Shown here: positions 37,601 to 49,300 of the stretch, in pieces
Layout of the letters: each line of letters opens with the position of its first letter
Numbering within the stretch: position 1 is the first letter of the stretch
DNA from: Antedon mediterranea
Taxonomy: Eukaryota > Animalia > Echinodermata
Direction of reading: 5' to 3'
Length of the DNA stretch: 64,000 nt
Assembly (NCBI RefSeq): GCF_964355755.1
Contig: NC_092677.1
Location: 10,314,101 to 10,378,100, forward strand
Notes under the pieces: model-generated
Database searches by the model: none
What the model was told of the DNA's origin: nothing
What the model saw: only the letters and a program-made list of their open reading frames with translations
Translations under genes and position numbers: made by a program

Positions 37601-40600
37601 TTAATTAAATTTTTTGCATATACCTGTTGCTGATATAAAATACAATTGTTAACGAACTATATAAAATTGTCGAAATATAACAACAATGGTATTATTATAT
37701 GGGCATACAATCGAGGACTCGTGCAGTTCCTCCGTACCACGCCAAGCAGCTATCCAATTTTTTTTATTAAATGCCGTAATACATAATCGAGAATGCAATC
37801 AGACTATTCTATTATTCAATCATTAATGTATGTTTCTGAAAATGTATATTAATATTTTTATGATGGCATGAAAAATCCTTCATTTCATTTCTTTACTGGT
37901 TACATTGTGACCTTTAACCTTATGACCTACATCCAAACATTTACGACTGATTGCTTCACGACACGTGAATTATATTGTTTCATAGAATCTGGTGAACATT
38001 CTGAAAATGTTTAATGATGATTTTGTAAGAATGTCAATAAAGTATGGATATTGTACAATCGTATGCTATTACTAGAAAATCTACTTTCCCAATACACCTG
38101 TAGTGCTCGCTGATCTAATACGTCTGGTTTTCAGAAAAGTCTGGTATTTAGAATATATTTTAATGGTACAAATGGATTAGGGACCTTTTGTACCTCAAGA
38201 AAAGTATTAGGAGAGTTGACTGTATTTATGATGTCGGGAATGACAATATTACGGGCTTACTTGATATTCCATGCTTGCCTTTAACTAAACTAAATCACAC
38301 TGTTAATGCTTTTTATACCTAGACTACAGTACGTTTGTTAAATATCCTCAGAATAGATATCTTTTTATATTATATAAACAAAAATTTCTGCTACTTGGTA
38401 AATTGCATTTTAATTTTGTTCCAATTAGCTAAGATCAATAACGATTATGGTTTCATAAAACACGGCAAATTAACTTTTTTTGAAATTAATCAACGTGATC
38501 TTTGTCGTTATCGATCAACCATTTTAAAACATGTCTTGTAATAAGAACAATCAAAATTACATTATCCACTTAACATTTGACCGTGAACTTCCCGATCTTA
38601 AAATGTAAATTTGTGGGGAAATCCCATTAATGTTGGTCATGTTGCTTGCCTTGAGAACATAAGGGTAGACCAATCTTTATGCCTCTTCCAATAACCAACA
38701 CTTCTTTTTTGCCTTACTGAAACCTTTAACGTAGTCGTCCATAATTTCACATTTTGAATGTTTGTCGGGATCAATACAGCCATTGACATTTCCACAATTA
38801 TTTTTGTTTGTCTGTAAAAATCGTAGGGTCGATGTACTGTACGACCTGATGGCTACAATACAGTAGAAATATGATCTGTTCTCTATTATTTGCCTTTGAG
38901 CTATAAATTAATATGGCTATGACTCGAAATAATGCATTGAATACAGTAAGGAACATTTCCCATTTTAGTGCACTTTATGATTGAGAAATTGCATTTATGT
39001 TCAACAAGATTTATGTTGTTATGGTTTATTACTATTATATAGTGGTAATTTTGTATAAAAAAACGTGTTTTTTTTTCTTGCTAGTTTTAAAGAACTTGGT
39101 ACTATTAAACGGTTGCAATAACAAAATTGTATTTTATGAATAAAGCTCTGTCCACTATCAAACTAGTTTGACAAAAAAAGTATGATGTGCCCAAATAGGG
39201 TAGTGATATTCCCAAATATGGTAGTGATATGACATCATCATGTCCATATAAGGGCACATCACATTTTTTTGTCACAAAAATGTTGATAGTGTAGACAGAG
39301 CTTAAGATAATGCTATATTTATCACAATTGTTAGTACAGGCATGATATAGTTCGGCATGTTTAAATTTTTGTTATAAAGGGTCCTGTCAAATCGATTCTA
39401 CTGCAGTCATTTTGTTTCTGCAATAAAAGATGATTTAAGTTTATTTCAATGTACAATTTTATGAGGCAGGCACTGCAATAACCAGTGTGTACAGTATGAT
39501 ATCCCACAAAAAACTTGCTAAATAAAATTTACATAAACAGGTTTAAAACAGGGCCGTAGCCAGCATGAGCCAGACGAGGTACTCCTACCCACCACCTCTA
39601 TATACCCCCCCCCCCCCATTCTCCATTAGAGATCGTCAGATTTAATAATATTAATAATAATCATATTTTAAAGCATCTTTGCCTCGTTTGTTTTTAACCG
39701 CTCACTACGGCCTTGTAAAGGCAAGCAATATGTAGTTAGTGCAGTAGGTTGATTTGGTAGAACAATTTAAGTAAACTGACTAAAAACTGGTGGATAGTTT
39801 TTCTAATTGTAGTTATTCGATGGCAAGGATTAAAACAACCATACTAATATGCCAAATCCTCTGTATATACAGTGTACTGTGTGATACCATTTGGGCGACG
39901 GCCTAACCAACGTTAGCATGACGTTCACGAGGAACAAGGCGCTAACTGCCAAACAGTTGTGAAATAAAGCAAGCTTTTTGGTGTGAATAAACTCAATATC
40001 ACAAATGTCATCCATTTGTTGACACTGTCTTGCACGGTAATCAGAATTAAATTAGAATGAGAATGTCTGCCCGATCGTTGGCCAATAAAGCTTGAAGATA
40101 TTTCCACAATCTGTCTGTAGCGTTGGGTTAACGTACTTTATATAATGAGTACAAACAACAGACATGTCTTTCCTCCTGTGGTTGTTACATATCAGCTATT
40201 GCATTACAGTAGATCCCCTGTTAAGACGATGCATTTATGACCCCCTTAATGGGGTGCATTGCTGAAAATGTAATATTAAAACATTTGATTCATTTGAAAG
40301 TGTCCCCTAAATAGAATTTATCAGGTCACATATTTCTTGTTTTAGACTCCTGATGTAAAATTTTACCACTTCCACTATATCGAAAAAAGATAATAAATTA
40401 TTATTATTATTATTATTATTACTTTTAAAAAAAATTATAAGGCAGATGGCTATAGATAATTAACCAATCTTTATTTTTATCTTGTAGCCATTACCAAAAG
40501 CACATCAGCAACTTTTCAAGAAAGGATCAATTCAAGAACCGAATGACAAACGTGTTATAACTCATGGATTTAACATTCATCAACAATTTAAGGTTAGATC

Positions 40601-43600
40601 AAATACAGTAGCCACTATGTTTTATTATACCGTACTGCCCGTTACTCCCCTTTACCGAGACCCACCCACCCACACCCACTTACACCCGCCCACATTGTCC
40701 CATCATCTTTAGTAAGTAAGAATATAAATTACCCTCCTGTTATTGGCAAATTTATTTTGCTGTTGGTTGGGTTTGGAAATAAATAAATAAAAAATAAATA
40801 AAAAATATAAATAAACATTTCTAGAAATGTTTATGAGATGTAACATGCGTTCACATTATGGGTAAACTTGATCAATGTGCAAACTTCCCTCCCCACCCCC
40901 TTGGGCGTTTAGTCAGAATGCAACATGAATGTTTTGGTAGCCTAAAATTCACGACAGCCGACCTTGTACACAAAGACTCTACCATGTGTTATTAGGAATA
41001 AAATAATGCATATCATATATTCAACTCCTATATTCCTACATGGTGCGACACGTATTCAACATGCATCGCGTGACAAGTTTTCTTTGCTCATTTTTTATTT
41101 CTTTGAAATACTATAGATTCAATGACTTTCATTTTGTAATTGTCATCCTGAGTCATCGTGTCTTTGTTGCATTATGGTACCATCATCTTTGTTTATCTAA
41201 CATTTGATCAACCAGTTTTGGAGAATTTTTGTTTCTGTTTGTTACAACCTTATCTATATATAATGGTTGTTAAATTTTTCTGAAGCACAATAAATTTCAT
41301 CAGTGTTCATCAATAATGATCACTACATCAACAGTATTCATTCATCATTACTTCATCCTTTTTCATCAGACCTATTTTCATCAATGATTATCATTACATA
41401 TTCCTTTTTCATCAGTGTTACTTTCATCAATGATTATTACTACATCATCCCTTTTCATCAGACCTATTTTCATCAGACCTATTTTCATCAATGATTATCA
41501 TTACATACTCTTTTTTTCATCAGTGTTATTTTCATCAATGATTATCACTACATCATCCATTTTCATTATTACATACTACTTTTCATTAGTGTTATTTTCA
41601 TCAATGATTATCACTATATCATCCTTTTTATCATTTTTTTTCATCATTTTTTTAAAAATAATTATCACTACCTAATCCTTTTCCATCAGTGTTATTTTCA
41701 TCAATGTTTATCACTACTTTATCCCTTTTCATCAGACCAAATTTTTATCAATGATTATCACTACATCGTCTTTTTTCATCAGACCTATTTTCATCAATAA
41801 TTATCACTACCTAATCCTTTTTCATCAGTGTTATTTTCATCAATGTTTATCACTACTTTATCCCTTTTCATCAGACCAAATTTTCATCAATGATCATCAC
41901 TACATCGTCTTTTTTCATCAGACCTATTTTCATCAATAATTATCACTACCTAATCCTTTTTCATCAGTGTTATTTTCATCAATGTTTATCACTACATCAT
42001 CCCTTTTCATCAGACCTATTTTCCATCAATAATTATCACCACATCATCCTTTTTCATCAGACTTATTTCATCAATAATTATCACTACATCATCCCTTTTC
42101 AATAAAAATTGATTTCAAATATAATACTGACTCAAAGACTTTAAATGTCTACCTATGATAATTTGTCATTAATTAATAGGCCTAGAAAACAAGACAAATT
42201 GTAATGCAACAGACTCATATCCGCCTTTGTCATAAATTTATGTTAGAAGATATTGTTGATGAAATTAAAAATAATGAACACGATTAATGTTCCTTGAACC
42301 ATACCATATGAATCATTCATTTTGAATGATTTATCTTGGGTTGAATGTTCTACGAATGTTCATGTGCGTGGCCCAGGAATCGAGGGGGGTCGTATTTCCT
42401 TTGTCGTTCTTTTTTCTTTATTGCTGATCCATAATGTTTTCTAATTACTTTTTGTACGTACAAGTTCACATCTTTCATTATAATGTTCTAGTACATTCGC
42501 TTTGTATTCTACGCTTTCTGTGATCATTTTTCTTCTTTACTTGATGTCTGAAACGTGTAATCCATTTAAACATTTCCGGAACTTGAAACAGATGGACCGG
42601 ATGTCATTTCTCTTTCTTTTTAAAAAAAATATTGTATAAAAACTTTTACTTTGAATCTGGTTATAGCTTGTTACAAAAGAATTAACCTCGGGGGGGGGGG
42701 GGGGAATGACGAAGCTAGATTTTGCCGCTTTAGGTTTGCTTTGGAACTGTCATCTGGTATAATAAACATTCTTCCCTCAAAATAAGATTGGGGTTTCCCC
42801 CTAAATTTGAATATGTTTTAATTAAGAGATAGTTATTTTAGGATTTCGTAATTGGAGGCCTCTTCATTTTGATGATGATAACAACAGTCAACAAATGATC
42901 TTGTATAAACCAGGAATACAATAGAAGCATTATCTCAGTTATTTTGGTGAATACTAAGTACCGTGGTGTGTGTAATTTGTGGTAATTATTAATAACACGG
43001 CTATAGTGGCAAGGATTTCCTTGCGGTGAATATAGAATATATTGTGGAAGTGGTCTGCTAACTTGTAACAATACCGAAACCACATTATGTGAAGCTGCAA
43101 AGCATAGTATTTTGTTAACAGCAATGTATATTCTTTATTTCTTGAGTTTTTCTTTGTATTTAACTTTTGTTTGTCTGAATTTTGGGCCCTCTGGGATAAC
43201 AGCCTGAAGAGGTCCCTCAGTAGAAAAAATAAATAAATAAATATCGTTGCTAAAAAATCATGAGAAATAGCAGAGCAACCAGCCCCACATGGTATTAATA
43301 ACAATTAACTATTTATTTAGGTTATAAAAGTTGCGATTTCAAAGGGAAAAAATATTTTAATGAATTCGAAGCTTAATGAGTAGTTTTCAATATATTTAAT
43401 AGTGCGAGACAAAATTATACTAAAGGCAGGCATACACAGTCATACATTTGTCTGTCATACACATGTATGACTGTGTATGCCTGCCTTAAGAATGAGTTTT
43501 AAAAAGTACTCCTGTAGGCCGTAATTTAACATGAGGCGAGCTGGGTGAAAGAAATTTGTGCAGGATGTGAAAATATTTGATTCGATGATTATAGGTTATG

Positions 43601-45070
43601 TTTGAATTACAGTAGAGTGGGAAACAAGACTGCTACAAAGAATTGTATGGTGAAACCGAAATCCTTACAGCGAAATACTTCCGGGCGACTACAAACAATG
43701 AACCTAAGCATCTACTGTAATAACAAATTATTGCCTGACATTTTCCTAATTGGCAATACAACTTGACTATATTTTTCCCATCGCGGCTTCTTTTCACAAT
43801 GTCAGGAGTCTAGGTCGGCATTGACATCACATTTATTTCTTACAACTCTATCATATCATGTACTATGCGCCTGTTGTTTGTCTTTGTATCTCTTGACCCA
43901 CCTTCCTGTTTATTGGTTTATTTTAAAATGTTAATACTAAAATAATTTTACATATTTTTTACAAATAAATTTGTTTAAAGTCCATCTTGCTGTAATATCA
44001 AAAGCATAGATAGTTTTTAATATTAACAAAAAAATGTTGCATTAAAACATTTTGCGCACTACCCCCTCAAGTGTATGACAAATAATTCTTGGTAAATCTT
44101 AAAGGATTGCATTAAGGGGTGGGATTATTATACTGGGATTGCATTAGGGGGTGGCATTATACTCGGATTGAATTAGGGGATGGGATTATATCCAGATTGT
44201 ATTAGGGGTGGGATTATACTGGTATTGCATTAAGGGGTGGGATTATATGGGGATTGCATTAACGGGGTGGGATTATACCCAGATTGCTTTAAGGGCTGAG
44301 ATTATACCTGGATTGCATTAGGGGGTGGGATTATACCTGGATTGCATTAGGGGGTGAGATTATACCCGGATTGCTTTAAGGGCTTAGATTATACCCGGAT
44401 TGCATTAGGGGGTGAGATTATACCCGGATTGCATTAGGGGGTGAGATTATACCCGGATTGCATTAGGGGGTGAGATTATACCCGGATTGTATTAGGGGGT
44501 GAGATTATACCCGGATTGCATTAGGGGGTGAGATTATACCCAGATTGCATTAAGGGTGGGATTATACCCGGATTGCATTAGGGGGTGAGATTATACCCGG
44601 ATTGCATTAGGGGGTGAAATTATACCCAGATTGCATTAAGGGTGAGATTATACCCGGATTGCATTAGGGGGTGAGATTATACCCGGATTGCATTAGGGGG
44701 TGAAATTATACCCGGATTGCATTAGGGGGTGAGATTATACCCGGATTGTATTAAGGGTGGGATTATACCCAGAATTGCATTAGTGGGTAGGATTATACTC
44801 GGACTTAATTAATAATATTAAATTTAAATTTACCTAGTCTTATTTTGACTCAATTATTATTCTCAAACATGGTATTATACTGCATCTAGCTTGCCTATTC
44901 TTATGTTAATGATTTGTTAAATTTGCTATTTATCAATTGCTACATTACAGCCATTGTTGTTTCTGGATAACGTGGATTTAGACAACAGTCTTGTGATGGT
45001 TGAGTATGTGATGCAACGTTTTATTGAAAGTCTTCCCGCCACTTTGAAACAGAAGAAGTTTGGTACATAG
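22637..45070 (+). CDS. UTP4: U3 snoRNA-associated protein 4 / cirhin (WD40, SSU processome UtpA), about 747 aa
   Basis: Exons: 22637-22665, 22817-22882, 23440-23523, 23722-23896 (VHRVKFFDYQPTAIHCMAY...RLAVVRSDGAIEIWN), 24130-24249, 25160-25225, 26669-26843, 27325-27479 (TIVSGDSTG), 27701-27923 (HTHDIRAM), 28355-28461, 28934-29033, 29388-29452, 30473-30589, 31197-31451, 32691-32786, 33429-33614, 40488-40592, 44951-45070 (PLLF...LPATLKQKKFGT*). All introns are GT-AG and the phases sum to 2244 nt. The N- and C-terminal motifs match cirhin. The first three exons are less certain. Confidence 0.95.
22885..23190. repeat. About 57-bp tandem repeat in a UTP4 intron
   Basis: (CACATGTTTTGATATTAAGTT..ATAGGACTGGAACATACAGCAATGCCAATG)n, about 5 copies. 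Confidence 0.85.
24263..24550. mobile_element. MITE family 1 copy carrying an internal insertion
   Basis: TAA-AGCTCTGTCTAC ... GTAGACAGAGCT-TAA, with about 160 bp of unrelated sequence inside. Confidence 0.65.
26443..26573 (+). ncRNA. SNORA14: Box H/ACA snoRNA, SNORA14-like, copy 1 (UTP4 intron)
   Basis: Hairpin GCATT...AATGC, H box AAATAA, hairpin GTGG...CCAC, ACA at 26568-26570. Pocket strands ATCCAA and ATTTCAC are complementary to 18S GUGAAAU-UC-UUGGA(U). Confidence 0.85.
28077..28208 (+). ncRNA. SNORA14: Box H/ACA snoRNA, SNORA14-like, copy 2 (UTP4 intron)
   Basis: Near-identical to copy 1: GCATTC/GAATGC basal stem, H box, GCAAATGA/TTATTTGC upper stem, ACA at 28203-28205. Confidence 0.85.
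28521..28651 (+). ncRNA. SNORA14: Box H/ACA snoRNA, SNORA14-like, copy 3 (UTP4 intron)
   Basis: Same architecture. CCTGC/GCAGG replaces the G-U pair seen in copies 1-2. ACA at 28646-28648 keeps its spacing even though the adjacent bases changed. Confidence 0.85.
29726..30430. mobile_element. MITE family 1 copy interrupted by a LINE 3' end
   Basis: TTA TSD on both sides; left arm 29726-29813, right remnant AGTGTAGACAAAGCT. Confidence 0.75.
29814..30415 (+). mobile_element. 5'-truncated L2/CR1-group LINE (ORF2 C-terminus plus 3' UTR)
   Basis: Translation PLFRSLKLLKLTDI...FTGPKIWNSLP is typical of the CR1/L2 ORF2 end. It finishes with AATAAA and a (GAAAT)3 tail. Confidence 0.85.
31922..32180 (-). 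mobile_element. tRNA-derived SINE with conserved core and L2-like tail
   Basis: The minus strand has A box TGGCGCAGTG, B-box-like GGTTTGAATCC, core CCTTAGGCAAG...CCACCCAGGTGTATAAATGGG and tail GGCGCTATATAAAT. Confidence 0.75.
34769..35013. repeat. 119-bp tandem duplication
   Basis: AAAATGTGAGTTAAATGTGTGTATCCGGTAGGACCAGGCACAG... occurs twice in direct orientation. Confidence 0.9.
39144..39302. mobile_element. MITE family 1, full copy with TAA TSD
   Basis: TAA-AGCTCTG...CAGAGCT-TAA. Further partial copies lie at about 1-95, 10360-10460, 16660-16800, 33050-33170, 33300-33410, 36983-37095, 45372-45535 and 61990-62140. Confidence 0.85.
41295..42100. repeat. Compound TTTTCATCA-based minisatellite
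   Basis: Repeats of TTTTCATCAATGATTATCACTACATCATCC / TTTTCATCAGACCTA / TTTTCATCAGTGTTA. Confidence 0.9.
43424..43486. mobile_element. 63-bp hairpin mini-MITE with TAA TSD
   Basis: Perfect 24-bp inverted repeat AGGCAGGCATACACAGTCATACAT around a 15-nt loop, flanked by TAA/TAA. Confidence 0.75.
44103..44803. repeat. G-rich minisatellite, about 29-bp unit
   Basis: (GGATTGCATTAGGGGGTGAGATTATACCC)n, roughly 24 copies. Confidence 0.95.
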
Positions 45071-46329
45071 TTCAAGAAATGACATGCAACAGATAAAAGG
45101 GCAATAACACCAGCTATTCCTCGACAAGAAAACTCTAGAAAAACGCCCAATTCTAAGTGGTGTATCTCTACATATGACAATATTTGTCCAGTATCAAGGT
45201 AAATTCCATAATACATCATTTCATGTCAATCACATGTGGTGCCTGTATCGTGGAAGGTTAGGATCGATGATACAGAGACATAGAATTTGCCTATGATACT
45301 GCACAAACCTATATACAGTACCAAGAAAAGGATTTTAGAGGATTTTATTTAGAAAGTAGTGTAATTCTCTATCTACACTATCAAACTAGTTCGACAAAGA
45401 AAGTGTGTAATGCCCAAATATGGTAGTGATATGCTTAAATATGGTAGTGATATGCCTAAATATGGTAGTGATATGACATCATGTCTATATATGTGAACAT
45501 CACATTTTTTTGTCGCATAAAGTTTGATAGAGCTTTGGTTTTGCCTGAGAAAGGTTAGAACATACAAGATGTTAAGTTTGCATTGAAAGTTTTCAAGGAA
45601 CAAAACACACATGATAATATCAAGGATATGGCTTTGTGAATAACTTGATTCTTCCCATCGTGGTAAAAACCTTGATTCCACTGTGAAGCAGGCATTTACA
45701 CAATTACTTAACATGCTACTATTCCATTGGGAATCCAAAGAAATCCTTGGGAATAGGAATAACGTTTGAAGTATCTATCTCATAGGACCTAACGGAACAA
45801 GGTTCGAAACTAAATACCATCATTTCTAAAGTTTGTTATTGTCGTGCAATATCGATCAACTTTTGACAGTTGTTGCCTGATTATATCGAAAATTTGGACC
45901 CTTTTTATATTTCGATAAAATAATGTCTATGAAATTTCAACCTTTACAATAAATTGTTCATGTTATTTCAAATATTCACTTTTAGTGTGATAATAGTGCT
46001 ATATGTTGTATAATGTGTTCTGCGCATGTTACCTCAATATTATTATATATACATATTTTTATATGTCAATATTTTGGCCAATCTTATGAAAAAATTCCTG
46101 TACAAGATTTTTTTTTTAAATAGCAAAATTTCGACCCTTTCATTTTTTGACTTAAATGGTTACTATACTTCTAAGAGATGATCAAAACGCAATATGTATG
46201 GATATATATCAATATTATTGCATAATAATAGTATTTGAAATGTGCATATTTTGGCAATTATTCGAAAAAATGGCCAAATTTCGACCCTTTTATTTGTTGC
46301 CATAGTATTTTAAAAAGTGCATATTTTGG

Positions 46330-49300
46330 ACATGCGCAGCGTCAAATAATGGGTTCTGCGCATGTCAATTGTGCTATAGTAACCACTTTTTACATAAATG
46401 GTTACTATAGCATAATAAACATGCGCAGAGTCGAATAATGGGTTCTGCGCATGTCAATTGTGCTATAGTAACAAGTTTTATCGAAAAATAAAAAGGTCGA
46501 AAATTGACCATTTTTAGAAAAAAAATTTTCGAAAAATGGCCGATTTTCGACTCTTTTATTTTTTGACATAAATGGTTGCTATAGCATAATAAACATGCGC
46601 AGAGTTGAATAATGGGTTCTGCGCATGTCAATTGTGCTATAGTAACCACTTTTGGCATAAATGGTTACTATAGCATAATAAACATGCGCAGAGTCGAATA
46701 ATGGGTTCTGCGCATGTCAATTGTGCTATAGTAACCAGTTTTATCGAAAAATAAAAAGGTAGAAAATTGGCCATTTTTTGAAAAAATCCCTGTACAGTAC
46801 AGTACAGGGAAATTTTCGAAAAATGGCCGATTTTCGACCCTTTTATTTTTTGACATAAATGGTTACTATAGCATAATAAACATGCGCAGAGTCGAATAAT
46901 GGGTTCTGCGTATGTCAATTGTGCTATAGTAACCACTTTTGACATAAATGGTTACTATAGCATAATAAACATGTGCGGAGTCGAATAATGGTTTCTGCGC
47001 ACGTCAATTGTGCTATAGTAACCAGTTTTATCGAAAAATAAAAAGGTCGAAAATTGGCCATTTTTGGAAAAAATCCCTGTACTATAGTACAGGGAAATTT
47101 TCGAAAAATGTCCGATTTTCGACCCTTTTATTTTTTGACATAAATGGTTACTATAGCACAATAAACATGCGCAGAGTCGAATAATGGGTTCTGCACATGT
47201 CAATTGTGCTATAGTAACCACTTTGACATAAAGGGTTACTATAGCATAATAAACATGCGCAGAGTCGAATAATGGGTTCTGCGCATGTCAATTGTGTTAT
47301 AGTGACACTTTTTATATAAATGGTTACTATAGCATAATAAACATGCACAGAGTGGAATAATGGGCTCTGCGCATGTCAATTGTGCTATAGTAACCAGTTT
47401 TATCGAAAAATAAAAAGGTCGAAAATAGGCTATTTTTTGACAAAATCCCTGTACTATAGTACAGGGACATTTTCGAAAAAATGGGCGATTTTCGACCCTT
47501 TTATTTTTTTACATAAATGGTTACAATAGCATAATAAACATGCGCAGCGTCAAATAATGGGTTCTGCGCATGTCATTTGTGCTATAGTAACCACTTTTGA
47601 CATAAATGGTTACTATAGCATAATAAACATGCGCAGAGTCGAATAATGGGTTCTGCGCATGTCAATTGTGCTATAGTAACCAGTTTTATCAAAAAATAAA
47701 AAGGTCGAAAATTGGCTATTTTTGGACAAAATCCCTGTACTATAGTACAGGGAAATTTTCGAAAAATGGCCGATTTTCGACCCTTTTATTTTTTGACATA
47801 AATGGTTACTATAGCATAATAAACATGGGCAGAGTCGAAAAATGGGTTCTGCGCATGTCAATTGTGTTATAGTAACACTTTTGATATAAATGGTTACTAT
47901 AGCATAATAAACATGCGCAGAGTCGAATAATGCGTTCTGCGCATGTCAATTGTGCTATAGTAACCAGTTTTATCGAAAAATAAAAAGGTCGAAAATTGGC
48001 TATTTTTTTACAAAATCCCTGTACTATAGTACAGGGAAATTTCCGAAAAATGGCCGATTTTCGACCCTTTTATTTTTTGACATAAATGGTTACTATAGCA
48101 TAATAAGCATGCGCAGCGTCAAATAATGGGTTCTGCGCATGTCAATTGTGCTATAGTAACCACTTTTTACATAAATGGTTACTATAGCATAATAAACATG
48201 CGCAGAGTCGAATAATGAGTTCTGCGCATGTCAATTGTGCTATAGTAACAAGTTTTATCGAAAAATGTCGAAAATTGACCATCTTTAGAAAAAATCCCTG
48301 TACAGGGAAATTTTCGAAAAATGACTGATTTTCGACCGTTTTATTTTTTTACATAAATGGTTACAATAGCATAATAAACATGCGCAACGTCAAATAATGG
48401 GTTCTGCGCATGTCATTTGTGCTATAGTAACCACTTTTTACATAAATGGTTACTATAGCATAATAAACATGCGCAGAGTCGAATAATGGGTTCTGCGCAT
48501 GTCAATTGTGCTATAGTAACCAGTTTTGACATAAATGGTTACTATAGCATAATAAACATGCGCAGAGTCGAATAATGGGTTCTGCGCATGTCAATTGTGC
48601 TATAGTAACCACTTTTGACATAAATGGTTACTATAGCATAATAAACATGCGCAGAGTCGAATAATGGGTTCTGCGCATGTCAATTGTGCTATAGTAACCA
48701 GTTTTATCGAAAAATAAAAAGGTCGAAAATAGGCTATTTTTTGACAAAATCCCTGTACTATAGTACAGTGACATTTTCGAAAAAATGGGCGATTTTCGAC
48801 CCTTTTATTTTTTTACATAAATGGTTACAATAGCATAACAAACATGCGCAGCGTCAAATAATGGGTTCTGCGCATGTCAATTGTGCTATAGTAACCAGTT
48901 TTATCGAAAAATAAAAAGGTCGAAAATTGACCATTTGTAGAAAAAATCCCTGTACTATAGTACAGGGAAATTTTCGAAAAATGGCCGATTTTCGACCCTT
49001 TTATTTTTTGACATAAATGGTTACTATAGCACAATAAACATGCGCAGAGTCGAATAATGGGTTCTGCACATGTCAATTGTGCTATAGTAACCACTTTTGA
49101 CATAAATCGTTACTATAGCATAATAAACATGCGCAGAGTCGAATAATGGGTTCTGCACATGTCAATTGTGGCTATAGTAATCACTTTTGACATAAATGGT
49201 TACTATAGCATAATAAAAATGTGCAGAGTCGAATAATGGTTTCTGCGCACGTCAATTGTGTTATAGTAACCAGTTTTATCGAAAAATAAAAAGGTCGAAA

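Noticed and set aside
39830-40107. Overlapping minus-strand ORFs in a GC-richer patch of a UTP4 intron
   Set aside because: No consistent splice sites, no recognisable motif, and I could not link them to the 38677-38811 candidate exon.
41303-42105. Several Ile/Phe/His-rich ORFs
   Set aside because: They are low-complexity translations of the TTTTCATCA minisatellite.
44103-44803. Interstitial telomere (TTAGGG)
   Set aside because: TTAGGG occurs once per 29-bp unit, not as tandem hexamers.
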